A stretch of DNA of 64,000 nt from the NCBI GenBank assembly GCA_051362555.1, contig CM120641.1, positions 34,292,401 through 34,356,400 on the forward strand, written 5' to 3'. Origin of the DNA: Lingula anatina (taxonomy: Eukaryota > Animalia > Brachiopoda). Below the pieces are notes generated by a model, which ran no database searches, had not been told where the DNA came from, and worked only from the letters and a program-made list of their open reading frames with translations. Positions 38,551 through 48,740 of the stretch are shown piece after piece (position 1 is the first letter of the stretch; each line of letters starts with the position of its first letter). A program made the position numbers and the translations under genes.

Positions 38551-40342
38551 GAGTCTATTTAGTAATATTTAGAATCCTCGATTGATTTGTTGATTGGCAT
38601 TTATATGTGCTATTCAACGTTCAACTCTCTCTTGGATTATCTTGCAAGTTTCTTAGAAAGTAAGTTTATTAGAAACTACCTCTGAAAATGAAGTTGAAGC
38701 AATCCACTAGTTCAACATTAACACCAAACAACTATTTACATTACTTTAAAACAATCTTTCAGTCAATTTGATAGAGTTCGTTACAGTATTGATGTCTATT
38801 TAAACTTTCCCGTAAGTACTGAAAATGCCGGTTTATTCAGTTTAATAGTTTATTTAAGCTTTTAATAATTATATCGGTAAATTCGGGTACGTCAGTCTGA
38901 AGATCCTAAGGTTTAGCGTTTAAATCTGCAGCGATTTAGTTGCCGAATAATCCCAACCCCATATTGTAATTAACCACTAGGTGCTGTTCAAACAGCGTAA
39001 GACGCAGGCTTGCGACCCAACAGGCACGATTATCCAAAGCGACTGTGCCGACGGCGCTGCGACTACTGCTTGCTATCTGGGTGAATATTATCGAAACTTA
39101 TCATTAGATTTTCATAACATTGTGAGAACATTTTTCACGTTAGATGTGATCATTAAATGTGTACAAATTATTTAAAAAAATTTTAATTAACGAAAAATGT
39201 GAGTGTTAATAGCATGAAAATGTATAAACATGAATAGAACGTGCTTCGCCGTCTATCGGATGAGTATAGTGGCAGTGTAGAACGTAATTCTAACATTTTC
39301 CTTACGTTTGTTTATGGTCGAACCAATATATTAACTTGTGGTAAAATAGCGAACCGTACTGGGTAAACTGGGTATATGTTGCCTTTATTATACTGCATGT
39401 GTGAAAAAACAACAAGAGCCCAAATATCTATGAATGGAACTTTTTTTTTAATTTTAAAAGAAACTCATAATGGCATAAAACATTTTTATTCATGATAACG
39501 AATAATAAACTGTTTTAAAAGTAACTATAACAATTTCAACCTTAAATTGGTACTCATTTCACAAACCCTTGACTTCGTTTTAACAATGATCCCTAGCTCT
39601 GTTTTGAGCAAACGATTGTGGTCTTTAAGACGGTACAACTACAGCTCCAGATGAATGTTTTTATTTTGAAGGATTTCTGTCATTTTTGGCGCTAGAATGG
39701 ACTACAATAAGGCATTTCTGTTAAATTTGAACAATTAGCTTTAGTTTGATGCTCTATAGACATACTTAATTCGATTGAAAACCTATGAAAATAGACTTTA
39801 AAATGTCTTTTACAAAGTTACTTCTAGATGCATGAACCTTTCATTTGGACTCCGCACATTCTTTGCATCACTGGATACGGTCACTTCACAAGATTACAAT
39901 CAATTTTTTATACCTTGGAGCAGGAGGATGTCAAATTTATGACGGCAGATGATGATGGTTTTAACATAGCAAACATAACAGAACACTGCATTAGATAATT
40001 GTTAGGGCCTGGTCTCATTTGTTCGCCATACTGTTTTTTAGTAGTAGAGTAGAGTGTGAAGGGGGCGTGGCAGGAGATCGCAAGTTAAAGGTGGGGCGTG
40101 TACCACTGCCCCATCCCTCAATCCACCCCATGGATCTGCCACTGATCAATCAGTTTCACCATATAATAAAATCAATTCAAAATCTATCTAATTATATTAA
40201 ATAGTATTTATCATAATCCTTTCTTCTCCTTTTCTCTCATGATTTTTAATTGTATACATGTAAAAAGGACCAAAAATATCAGTAAACACTGGTAAGCAGT
40301 AAAAAACAGCAGTAAAAATTCAAGTAATAAAGGTACAAAAAA

Positions 40343-41859
40343 TCATAACATATCATCTATAGATTTCAGTTCAGCTTTTGTTAGAGGATTAAGCTGGAAA
40401 CCTTTCATGTCCTCCTTATTTTCCATGTCTCTTAATTTCTGTACTTTTGGTCGTAGACCATTTCTCAGTGAAGCAATCTGATGATCAATCTGATCAAAAT
40501 CTGAAATTGTAAAAAAATAATAATAATAAAAATAGATAAATAAATAAGCTTTAACAATTTGTCATACATACAAATCTAGCATTTAGGAATTATATCATAT
40601 CAATCAATTTGCAGGCCCATAGCCTGCAATTTTAAAGGGATGGTTCTTTTTCTGATAAAGTGGACCTTTTCCCATGAAATCTTCTTGTATCTTTATCATA
40701 TTTTACCCAGAACTTTTTCCAGCTTAAAAGGCAGTTTGTTCAACACACTCCCTCCCCCCTGGCTACAGGCTGGAATATGTAAGAAAGCAAGTTCTCCTGT
40801 ATTATAAAACCATTTGGCACTGTCAACTGAGCCCAGCATACACTCCATAATTGCTCAGATACAAAAATATATAAAAATACAGAACAGAAATAAAGACTAA
40901 AAGTGATCATTGCGTTCAGCCCGAGCCAAAAGGCACAGAACACAACACAGAACATTTCTGTGGTTGCATGAAAAATACCTTTATCGAGAAGTTTCTGTGC
41001 TGTTGGTTTAGGCATCTTGATGAACATGTTCCCAACACAGATCCATGTTTTCTTGCTTTCCTTGTCTTTAGAAAGTATCCTGCAAGAAAAAAAAATTACA
41101 GATATACTTAAGAATATATTCTTTGTTGCCGAGTGAAAAGCATGTAGTTTAAAAATAAATATATACATGGTACATGTACACTAATTTCGCTTGCTGGTTT
41201 CATTTCAAGTCCCCTAGTATGAGAAAAGTCACCTTTTACAGATAGATCTAGTTCCTTAATGAAAGGTACAGTGTCTTACTCAAAATTCTCAGCATGCTTA
41301 GGAAAGACTATTTTGCATTTAATTCATGTAAGACACAACCCAGTGAATTCTGATATAGTCAAGGAATTACCAAAATGACATGACATTCTCTTTCATGAAT
41401 CTTTTACTTTTCAGTTGAAGGTATCCCATCTTAAAAAAAAAATAATCCTACACATGGGTCAATGCTTGACCTGTCTCTGCACTGGGATTTGATTCTTAAA
41501 TCACATTTCTAATCAAATAATTTATTTTGAAATGTATCAACAAACATTCAGATAGCCAAAAGGATAAAGACTTGAGACACCAGGTACTTTTATATGAGGG
41601 GGTTTTATCTGAATTGGGAAAGAAAAATGCTTTGCGAGATATATATATATTAGGCATACATAGACAATATAACTTTAAGATGCTAACAAATGCAAATAAT
41701 ACAGTATACCGGTACCTTAAATACCTACCTTACAGCTTCTCTAGTTTTATTCCTCTTTCTGTCTAAGTCAACAAGATGTTGTTTGTCTGCTAAAATATCA
41801 TCTGCAACCTCCTCTATGGCAGAGACATGTTTTATCAACTGCTGCATGCCAGCATCCAT
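40343..41859 (-). CDS. PDRG1: p53 and DNA damage-regulated protein 1 (prefoldin-like subunit), 129 aa
   Basis: Exons 41729-41859, 40979-41079, 40343-40500 give MDAGMQQLIKHVSAIEEVADDILADKQHLVDLDRKRNKTREAVR-ILSKDKESKKTWICVGNMFIKMP…-DFDQIDHQIASLRNGLRPKVQKL…KGFQLNPLTKAEL. Recognisable PDRG1 motifs: VDLDxKRN, GNMFIKMP, KGFxLNPL. A splice acceptor sits 1 nt before the ATG. Confidence 0.93.
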
Positions 41860-42055
41860 GCTGAAAAACTAAAGGGTTAAAAACCATAGATTATTCATAT
41901 GCAGGAAATCGTCAGTCATGTGCAGCCCCCCCCCCCCCCCCCCAAAAAAAAAAAAAAAAAAAAACATGGGCAAGCAATTCATTCAAAGGTGCCTAGGTAA
42001 AAGTTAACACCCATTCACACAGAGACAGTATATATCCTGAAACATTTTTTCAGTC

Positions 42056-42374
42056 TGTTACGAATAAGCAAACTTCTTTAGTCTTTTTCACATCTATTTT
42101 ATTTGCTTGTCATTGAAATTGTCACGTAGAAACTGAAATGAACAAAATACATCAAATTAAGAAATTATCCTTAAATTATGTTACAATTACAGCTTATAAA
42201 GTTCTTATTAACTGTTTAAATTACTAAATGATTCATAAAGTCTTACCTCATTGCGGGAATTAGTGTCTTTTAGTGATCAGAACATAACTAACTATAAGCG
42301 CGTGCTCTAGTCAAAAAAGTAAAACGCTATCTCCACCGATGTGCATAACAGCTAAGACGGGCCAAACCTTAACA
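42056..42374 (-). repeat. 3' LTR
   Basis: TGTTA…TAACA ends; identical by eye to 47899-48217. Confidence 0.97.
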
Positions 42375-42664
42375 TGGCTCCCCTAAATTGTGAAAGCAAT
42401 TTACACAATATACACTGTTTACCTTATCATTACGTATAAAAAATATTTGCTCGGAAATTATTAAGAATTACCGTACCTTAATCAACTTTAAGGAACATCA
42501 AAACTTACTGTTAATTACTGTATTTAAACATAAAATACCTTGCAATCCCATAAACACAAATAGCCCAACATTTAACTGTCTTTAGAAAACAAAAGTGTTC
42601 ATTAAATCTACACAAACTGTAGCATAGAATCATAACAAACTAACACTATTGTCACAGTTAACAG

Positions 42665-45600
42665 TTATTTTGGCTCCTCGACGGGGTCTTCTCCGGTCAA
42701 TAAAAGAATTAACTTGTGCACTGGTCTCTCATATGTAGAGTCCCTAACTTTCAACTTGACCTTACGCACATATCCATCTGCACTTTGAAAGGTTTCTACT
42801 ATGCGACCAAGTGGCCACTGATTTCTTGGTGCACTGTCATCTATCATGAGAACAATATCTCCAACTTGTACATCTCTACATTGTTTGATCCACTTTTTTC
42901 TCTCTTGTAATGTAGGAAGAAATTCCTTTCTCCACCTGTTCCAAAATTCATTGGCTAGATATTGAACATGTCGCCATCTTCGATGAAGGTATGTGTCTTT
43001 CCTTATGAAATTCCCAGGTGGTGGCATCACGACCTTAGTTTTCAGGGTCAGGAGCTGATTTGGAGACAAAGGCATTGGAGAATCTGGTGACTGTGTATCA
43101 ATGTAAGTCAAAGGTCTACTGTTAACTATGGCTTCTGCCTCAGTTAACAATGTGGACAAGGAATCATCATCTAAACGGTCACTGTGAGCTGTGAGAAGTC
43201 CTGATAAAGCATTTCTGGCTGATCTGATCATTCTTTCCCACACGCCTCCCATATGTGAAGCATGAGGAACATTCATTTTAAACTGAATCCAGTCACAATG
43301 GTCTTTCAGAAGTTCTCTCCTGATCTTGTCCTGATCCATATCCATAAAGGCAGTTTCTTGCTCTCCCTTAACTCCAATGAAATTGGTTCCACGGTCTGCT
43401 CTGAGTAGACGTACTGGTCCACGCCTGCATACAAAGCGTCTGTAGCAGTTAATGAAAGAATCTGTGCTGAGTGAATACGCAACTTCTATATGAATAGCAC
43501 GTGATGCTAAACATGTAAACATAGCACCATATCTCTTCATCTGCTTTCTTCCCTCCTTCACATAGAATGGTCCAAAAAAATCTACTGCACTGTAGGTGAA
43601 TGGAGGTGCTGGTTCCAGTCTGTCAGCTGGAAGATCTGACATTTTCTGACTCTGTGAGTTTGCTCGTAGCTTACGACAGGTCACACATTTCCATATATAT
43701 GATCCAATCTTGGCACGGCCAGAAATTATCCAATAACCACTAGCTCGGACTTCATTAAGAGTAATGCCACTTCCTGAATGTCCACATCGTGTATGATAGT
43801 GGTCAATTATGAGATTTGTAACATGATGATGCTTAGGCAGAATCACTGGGTGTGTAAGCTCTCTGGGTAGATTTGCCCTCTTTATACGACCACCTACTCT
43901 GAGTAGTCCATCTTCACATAAAAATGGGTCTAAGCGGTATAGTGAACTGGTTTTCTTGATTTGTTCGTTGCGATATCTTGCCTGTTTTCTCTCTGTGTGT
44001 TCACTGTTATCTTCTCTGTTAATTGCTTTCAGTATTGCAATTTCCTTCTCAAATGTAGCAATCTGTGTTGACTTGAGAATGATCTTTTCTGCCACTTGTA
44101 TTTCTTGAACATTCAACGGTTCATTGCTGGTCTCAACTGTGTTCTGCTGTGTAGATTTCCTGTTCTTAGCTTGTTTCAGCTTCTGTATGAATCGTAAACA
44201 CCACGTAACAACTCGTGTTGCTCTGTTCCAGGAAGAAAACCTTTTCAATACATCAGACAAGTGATCGTGGTTGGTTTCTACTTTAGTAGCAAATACATTG
44301 ACTTCAGATTTGCGTACTTCTGGGTCATCTGGTGCTAGTCTGAATTGGGTATCAGTGGTAGATAGTGGTTCATCAATGCGCAGAAAGTCTGGCCCACTCC
44401 ACCACTGTTCATTCTGTAGTAGCTCTGTCACACCTGTTCCCCTGGAGGCTATATCAGCTGGGTTGTCACTGGACTTAACATGCCTCCATTGGGATGGCTG
44501 ACTGACTTCTCTAATTTGTTGTATTCTATTTGCTACAAAGACATGAAATCTCTTAGCATCATTATTGACATACCCTAGAACAACTTTGCTGTCAGTCCAA
44601 TACACATGGGTGATGTCCTCATACTCTAACTCCTTGGCAAGAAAGGTCCCCACCTTTATAGACATCACTGCTGCTGACAACTCTAGGCGTGGGACTGTCA
44701 CTGGTTTAGAGGGAGCTACCTTGGACTTGCCCATAACTAATGTGGTTGCTATTCTTCCTGTGTTGCTTTTAAGTCTCAAGTAACTGCACTGACCTAGGCC
44801 TTCTACACTGGCATCTGAGAAGTGATGAAGTTCTGCAGTAGTCACTTCACCAAAATCATTTGGCTTATAGCACCGTGGTATATTCAACTTGGTTAAGTTC
44901 AGCAAATCTGAGCGCCATCTTTCCCATCTGCATCTAATACTCTCTGGCACTTGATCATCCCACTCTGCACCGTCTCTGCATAGCTCTTGGAGAATTTTCT
45001 TACCGGCAAGGATGAATGGTGAGACAAGGCCTAAAGGGTCAAATATGGAACTTACAGTGGAGAGAATTCCCCTTCTTGTTAATGGCTTATCATTGATCTG
45101 GACCTTAAACTGAAAACTGTCCGCTTCTACACACCACTGTACTCCTAGAGCTGGGCATATTGGCAATGTGTCTCTGTTAAGGTCAATGTTTCTCATTTCT
45201 TTGGCTCTCTCTGACATTGGGATTGTATTCATCACTTCACGGTTGTTTGATACTAGCTTGTGAAGTCTTAGGTTACCTTTGTTCAGCAGCTCTCTTGTTT
45301 CTCTAACAAGACGTATAGCTTCTTCACTTGACTCAATGCTCTTGAGTCCATCGTCTACATAAAAGTCATTCTTAAGAAAGGCAATGACGTCTGGTGAATA
45401 CTCATCTTGGTAGTCCTCTGCTAGTTTCCTCAGTCCATACAATGCGCATGCTGGTGAACTTATCGCTCCAAATATATGAGACGTCATTCTGTATGTGATG
45501 GGATTACTACTGAGGTCACCGTCTTTCCACCATAGGAACTGTAAAAACTTTCTATCCTCTTCTTTCACTTTAAACCTGTGAAACATGTTCTCCATGTCAC

Positions 45601-47812
45601 CCATGATTGCTACTGGCTGCTCTCTAAACCTCAATAAAACACCTATGAGCGAGTTATTCTGATCAGGTCCTTTCAACAGGCAGTCGTTTAGCGCAACATT
45701 TTCATGTTTTGCACTGGCATCAAACACCACTCGTAATTTCTCACGTTTTTTGGGGTGATATACACCATGATGTGGTAAGTACCAACCTCCATCTTCATGA
45801 GGTGATTCTTCTGCATAGCATTTATCTATGAGGTCCTGCATAAAACTGTTATAGTGCTCATAATACTTCGGGTTGTGGATTAGCCTTTTCCTTAGCTGCT
45901 CTAGCCTGATCTCAGCTGCTGGTTTGTTGTTTGGCAATGCTGGATGTCCATCTTTAAATGGTAGTGGCATCTCATAAAAACCCTCGTTGAAATGTATGCC
46001 TTCCTCCATAATCTTCATGAACTTCTGGTCTTGAAGGCTTAACTTCTCATCTTTCTGTTGGTCGAAACCTTGGTCAAAGAGACTGCAAACCTCAGCGGGG
46101 CTGATCTCTGTCACTTGTGTTCTAAAGGCAAAGGCATGTGTTCCAAAGCTCTTGTTCTCATCTATGGGTCTTGATTTGTCCACTGGCCCTACTATACCCC
46201 AACCTAGGTTACATCTGTATGCATATGGCTCCTCTCCTCTACCATGTATGTACTCCAGACCTCTAATGGCTTTCATACAGTTTACTCCCAACAGCAGTCC
46301 TACCTCTATGTCTGGGCGATAAGGAGTAATCTTATCAGCAATTGAGTGCAAGTGTGGCCATTTCTTAGCAGTTTCTGGTCTGGGTATCTGTGATCGCTTA
46401 ACTGGAATGGAGTCTCTGGAGTATGTATCTGGGAGCTCAATCAATGTCTCTTGGTTCAGACCTCTCACAACAAGTCCTCTAACTTTCCTGCTCGGGACGG
46501 TTTTTTCTCCAAGTATGGTTGAAAGTCTGATGTCTACATGCTTCCCTTTACATTCGAGTTCACTGAGGGTCGAGGACTTTACAAAGCAGGCATCTGACTG
46601 CTCGTCTAGTACTGCATATACCACTGAATAAATGTCTGGATTATCCTCGTGGTGTACTACAACTGGCACTATCATGGAATGCACATTCTCAGAACTGTGG
46701 GTGGTATGGCATACAGCTGCTCCCACTACTTTACTAGTGTAATTGTCATCATGTAGAATTGTTGGATGATAAGAGTTACATTTTTGGCATTTCATTTTAC
46801 TTCTGCATTCATGTTTTCTGTGACCATATGCAAGGCACCCAAAACATAACCCATTATTCTTTATAATGCCGATTCTTTCATCCATTGTCTTTTCTTGCAT
46901 TTCTGGGCATTGGTGAAGTTTATGTTGTTCCTTGCATAATATACACTTGTGAACGTGTCTTTCGTTGCTGGATGCAGAGGCACTAGACAGTACTGTTTGT
47001 GCTGGAACTCTTCTCCTTGGTGCTGGTATAGGTCTCTCTGGTGGCGGTGGAACCTTTCCAAAAATGGGGTCAGCCAATTTTCGTGCTTCTTTCTGCACAA
47101 AATCGACGAAAACCTGAAAGGTTATCTTCTGTCCCCTTTCCTTCCTTTCATATACTATGCTTCTCCATTTATCATGCAATTTGAGCGGCAGCTTCGTCAT
47201 TAGCCTCTTAAGGTTATCGGGATACTCGAGGACTGGAATGGCATCTATTTCTTTTACTGCATATTCACATTCCCTTAAAAATATGCCGTATTTGTCTAAT
47301 GCGACATAATCATCATGCTTTATCACTGGCCACTGTAAGGCACGGTTTATATACGATGTCGCAATCTGTTCTTGGTCCCCATACCTTCTCTCAAATTCCT
47401 TCCATGTGGCCTTGAAACCAATGGATGCATCTAAGTGAGCGAATCCTAGCGTAATTTCATGAGGCTCACCTCTGGTGTATTGCAGTAGATAGTTCAGTTT
47501 TTCATCGTCAGAGTCGCATGTTTCTATGATTCTACTTTTGAACTGTCTCTTAAACAGCACATATTTGATCGGGTCACCTTCAAATACTTGAATCTGAATT
47601 CTTGGTTTACTGAGTTCCTTTGCTATCGTAGTTTGCTCACACAAAGTGAGTGGGGCACAAGATGTTAGTGTGTTTTTGGGCGTAGATGTCTTTTTTATGT
47701 TTGACTTTGTGAAGTTAAAATGCCTTTCTAACTCACGCATGGTTTGGTCTATATCCGACTCTACCCTTTTTAGTTCTGCTTGGAGAAGTATCATTTCTGC
47801 TTGTGTTGCCAT
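42665..47812 (-). CDS. Gag-Pol polyprotein (1715 aa): Gag with three Cys/His knuckles, protease, RT, RNase H, integrase
   Basis: Knuckles CILCKEQHKLHQC, CFGCLAYGHRKHEC, CQKCNSYHPTILH; protease AVLDEQS; RT WYLPHHGVYHPKK, LRVVFDAS, FYVDD; RNase H HFSDAS; integrase H-x4-H…CVTC, DFFGPF, DRGTNF, GGVWERM. PR-RT-RH-IN order; no env. Confidence 0.97.
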   Translation of the reverse strand: MATQAEMILLQAELKRVESDIDQTMRELERHFNFTKSNIKKTSTPKNTLTSCAPLTLCEQTTIAKELSKPRIQIQVFEGDPIKYVLFKRQFKSRIIETCDSDDEKLNYLLQYTRGEPHEITLGFAHLDASIGFKATWKEFERRYGDQEQIATSYINRALQWPVIKHDDYVALDKYGIFLRECEYAVKEIDAIPVLEYPDNLKRLMTKLPLKLHDKWRSIVYERKERGQKITFQVFVDFVQKEARKLADPIFGKVPPPPERPIPAPRRRVPAQTVLSSASASSNERHVHKCILCKEQHKLHQCPEMQEKTMDERIGIIKNNGLCFGCLAYGHRKHECRSKMKCQKCNSYHPTILHDDNYTSKVVGAAVCHTTHSSENVHSMIVPVVVHHEDNPDIYSVVYAVLDEQSDACFVKSSTLSELECKGKHVDIRLSTILGEKTVPSRKVRGLVVRGLNQETLIELPDTYSRDSIPVKRSQIPRPETAKKWPHLHSIADKITPYRPDIEVGLLLGVNCMKAIRGLEYIHGRGEEPYAYRCNLGWGIVGPVDKSRPIDENKSFGTHAFAFRTQVTEISPAEVCSLFDQGFDQQKDEKLSLQDQKFMKIMEEGIHFNEGFYEMPLPFKDGHPALPNNKPAAEIRLEQLRKRLIHNPKYYEHYNSFMQDLIDKCYAEESPHEDGGWYLPHHGVYHPKKREKLRVVFDASAKHENVALNDCLLKGPDQNNSLIGVLLRFREQPVAIMGDMENMFHRFKVKEEDRKFLQFLWWKDGDLSSNPITYRMTSHIFGAISSPACALYGLRKLAEDYQDEYSPDVIAFLKNDFYVDDGLKSIESSEEAIRLVRETRELLNKGNLRLHKLVSNNREVMNTIPMSERAKEMRNIDLNRDTLPICPALGVQWCVEADSFQFKVQINDKPLTRRGILSTVSSIFDPLGLVSPFILAGKKILQELCRDGAEWDDQVPESIRCRWERWRSDLLNLTKLNIPRCYKPNDFGEVTTAELHHFSDASVEGLGQCSYLRLKSNTGRIATTLVMGKSKVAPSKPVTVPRLELSAAVMSIKVGTFLAKELEYEDITHVYWTDSKVVLGYVNNDAKRFHVFVANRIQQIREVSQPSQWRHVKSSDNPADIASRGTGVTELLQNEQWWSGPDFLRIDEPLSTTDTQFRLAPDDPEVRKSEVNVFATKVETNHDHLSDVLKRFSSWNRATRVVTWCLRFIQKLKQAKNRKSTQQNTVETSNEPLNVQEIQVAEKIILKSTQIATFEKEIAILKAINREDNSEHTERKQARYRNEQIKKTSSLYRLDPFLCEDGLLRVGGRIKRANLPRELTHPVILPKHHHVTNLIIDHYHTRCGHSGSGITLNEVRASGYWIISGRAKIGSYIWKCVTCRKLRANSQSQKMSDLPADRLEPAPPFTYSAVDFFGPFYVKEGRKQMKRYGAMFTCLASRAIHIEVAYSLSTDSFINCYRRFVCRRGPVRLLRADRGTNFIGVKGEQETAFMDMDQDKIRRELLKDHCDWIQFKMNVPHASHMGGVWERMIRSARNALSGLLTAHSDRLDDDSLSTLLTEAEAIVNSRPLTYIDTQSPDSPMPLSPNQLLTLKTKVVMPPPGNFIRKDTYLHRRWRHVQYLANEFWNRWRKEFLPTLQERKKWIKQCRDVQVGDIVLMIDDSAPRNQWPLGRIVETFQSADGYVRKVKLKVRDSTYERPVHKLILLLTGEDPVEEPK

Positions 47813-47836
47813 CTTTTCTAAATACTGTGCTGATCG

Positions 47837-47898
47837 TCTTTCACTAAATCGTCGCTCAGTTTCTACTATCTTTCACTAAATCGTCGCTGAGTTTCTAC
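47837..47898 (-). promoter_or_regulatory. Non-tRNA primer-binding region: two 30-nt copies (period 32) abutting the 5' LTR
   Basis: Sense strand reads GTAGAAACTCAGCGACGATTTAGTGAAAGA then GTAGAAACTGAGCGACGATTTAGTGAAAGA. No TGG start. Complementary to LTR positions 47969-47979. Confidence 0.7.
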
Positions 47899-48217
47899 TG
47901 TTACGAATAAGCAAACTTCTTTAGTCTTTTTCACATCTATTTTATTTGCTTGTCATTGAAATTGTCACGTAGAAACTGAAATGAACAAAATACATCAAAT
48001 TAAGAAATTATCCTTAAATTATGTTACAATTACAGCTTATAAAGTTCTTATTAACTGTTTAAATTACTAAATGATTCATAAAGTCTTACCTCATTGCGGG
48101 AATTAGTGTCTTTTAGTGATCAGAACATAACTAACTATAAGCGCGTGCTCTAGTCAAAAAAGTAAAACGCTATCTCCACCGATGTGCATAACAGCTAAGA
48201 CGGGCCAAACCTTAACA
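47899..48217 (-). repeat. 5' LTR, with an intron-like segment (48089 to 47976) and a poly(A) signal (47941-47946)
   Basis: Sense GAG|gtaagac donor, ttttgttcatttcag acceptor, and AATAAA about 30 nt after the acceptor. Confidence 0.95.
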
Positions 48218-48561
48218 CAGTCATTGATTTTGATTCACCTCTTCGCTTTTCATCTCTTGCTCTCGTCTCAGGTTTCGGCCTTCCATCATAGTAGTAGTAG
48301 TAGTACATGCCAAGTTAGTAAGTTAGTATATGCGACACTTTTGCAGACCCCCCCTTCCCCCTATTGACGTTTTGGACTCTTGATTTGCATGCTATGCTAA
48401 TACAGAATGTATAACAAAAATTGTAAATAGCAGTGCTAATTTCGTGCTACAGTACCCCCCCCCCCCCCCCCAATAACAACAAGTATTTGATTTCCCATAT
48501 CTCCCCCTTGCAGCATGCACGTCTGACAACTAAGGCAAAGTCATACTCAAACAAAACTTAC

Positions 48562-48740
48562 CAAAGAAAGGGGAGCTATTTTCTACGTCCAGTTACAGTG
48601 GTTGTCATCTCCATCGGCGAACAAACTCCCTTGACTCGACGAACGTGTTTTCTGTGTACCTATAACGGAGTGTAAAATATCTCATGTTTTCATTGGCTCT
48701 TAGCATTGCGTGCGCGTATTCAGCAGCAACAGCGACCCTC
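48562..48740 (-). promoter_or_regulatory. Putative PDRG1 promoter and non-coding first exon
   Basis: CpG-enriched patch with GCGCACGC (NRF1-like) near 48708-48716 and a strong TG|gtaagt donor at 48561. A second possible donor lies at 48238. The PDRG1 coding exon starts with an acceptor, so an upstream exon is expected. Confidence 0.55.

Larger units (their letters stand above)
42056..48217 (-). mobile_element. Full-length BEL/Pao (Belpaoviridae) LTR retrotransposon, 6162 bp
   Basis: Two 319-bp TG…CA LTRs; 5-bp TSD CAGTC (42051-42055, 48218-48222); single intact gag-pol ORF. Confidence 0.97.

Noticed and set aside
42375-42384. Reading the retrotransposon as plus-strand because TGG follows the left LTR
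   Set aside because: The ORF, LTR poly(A) signal and splice sites are all on the minus strand, and there is no purine tract before the right LTR on the plus strand. The motif is reported as a tRNA-Asp mimic instead.
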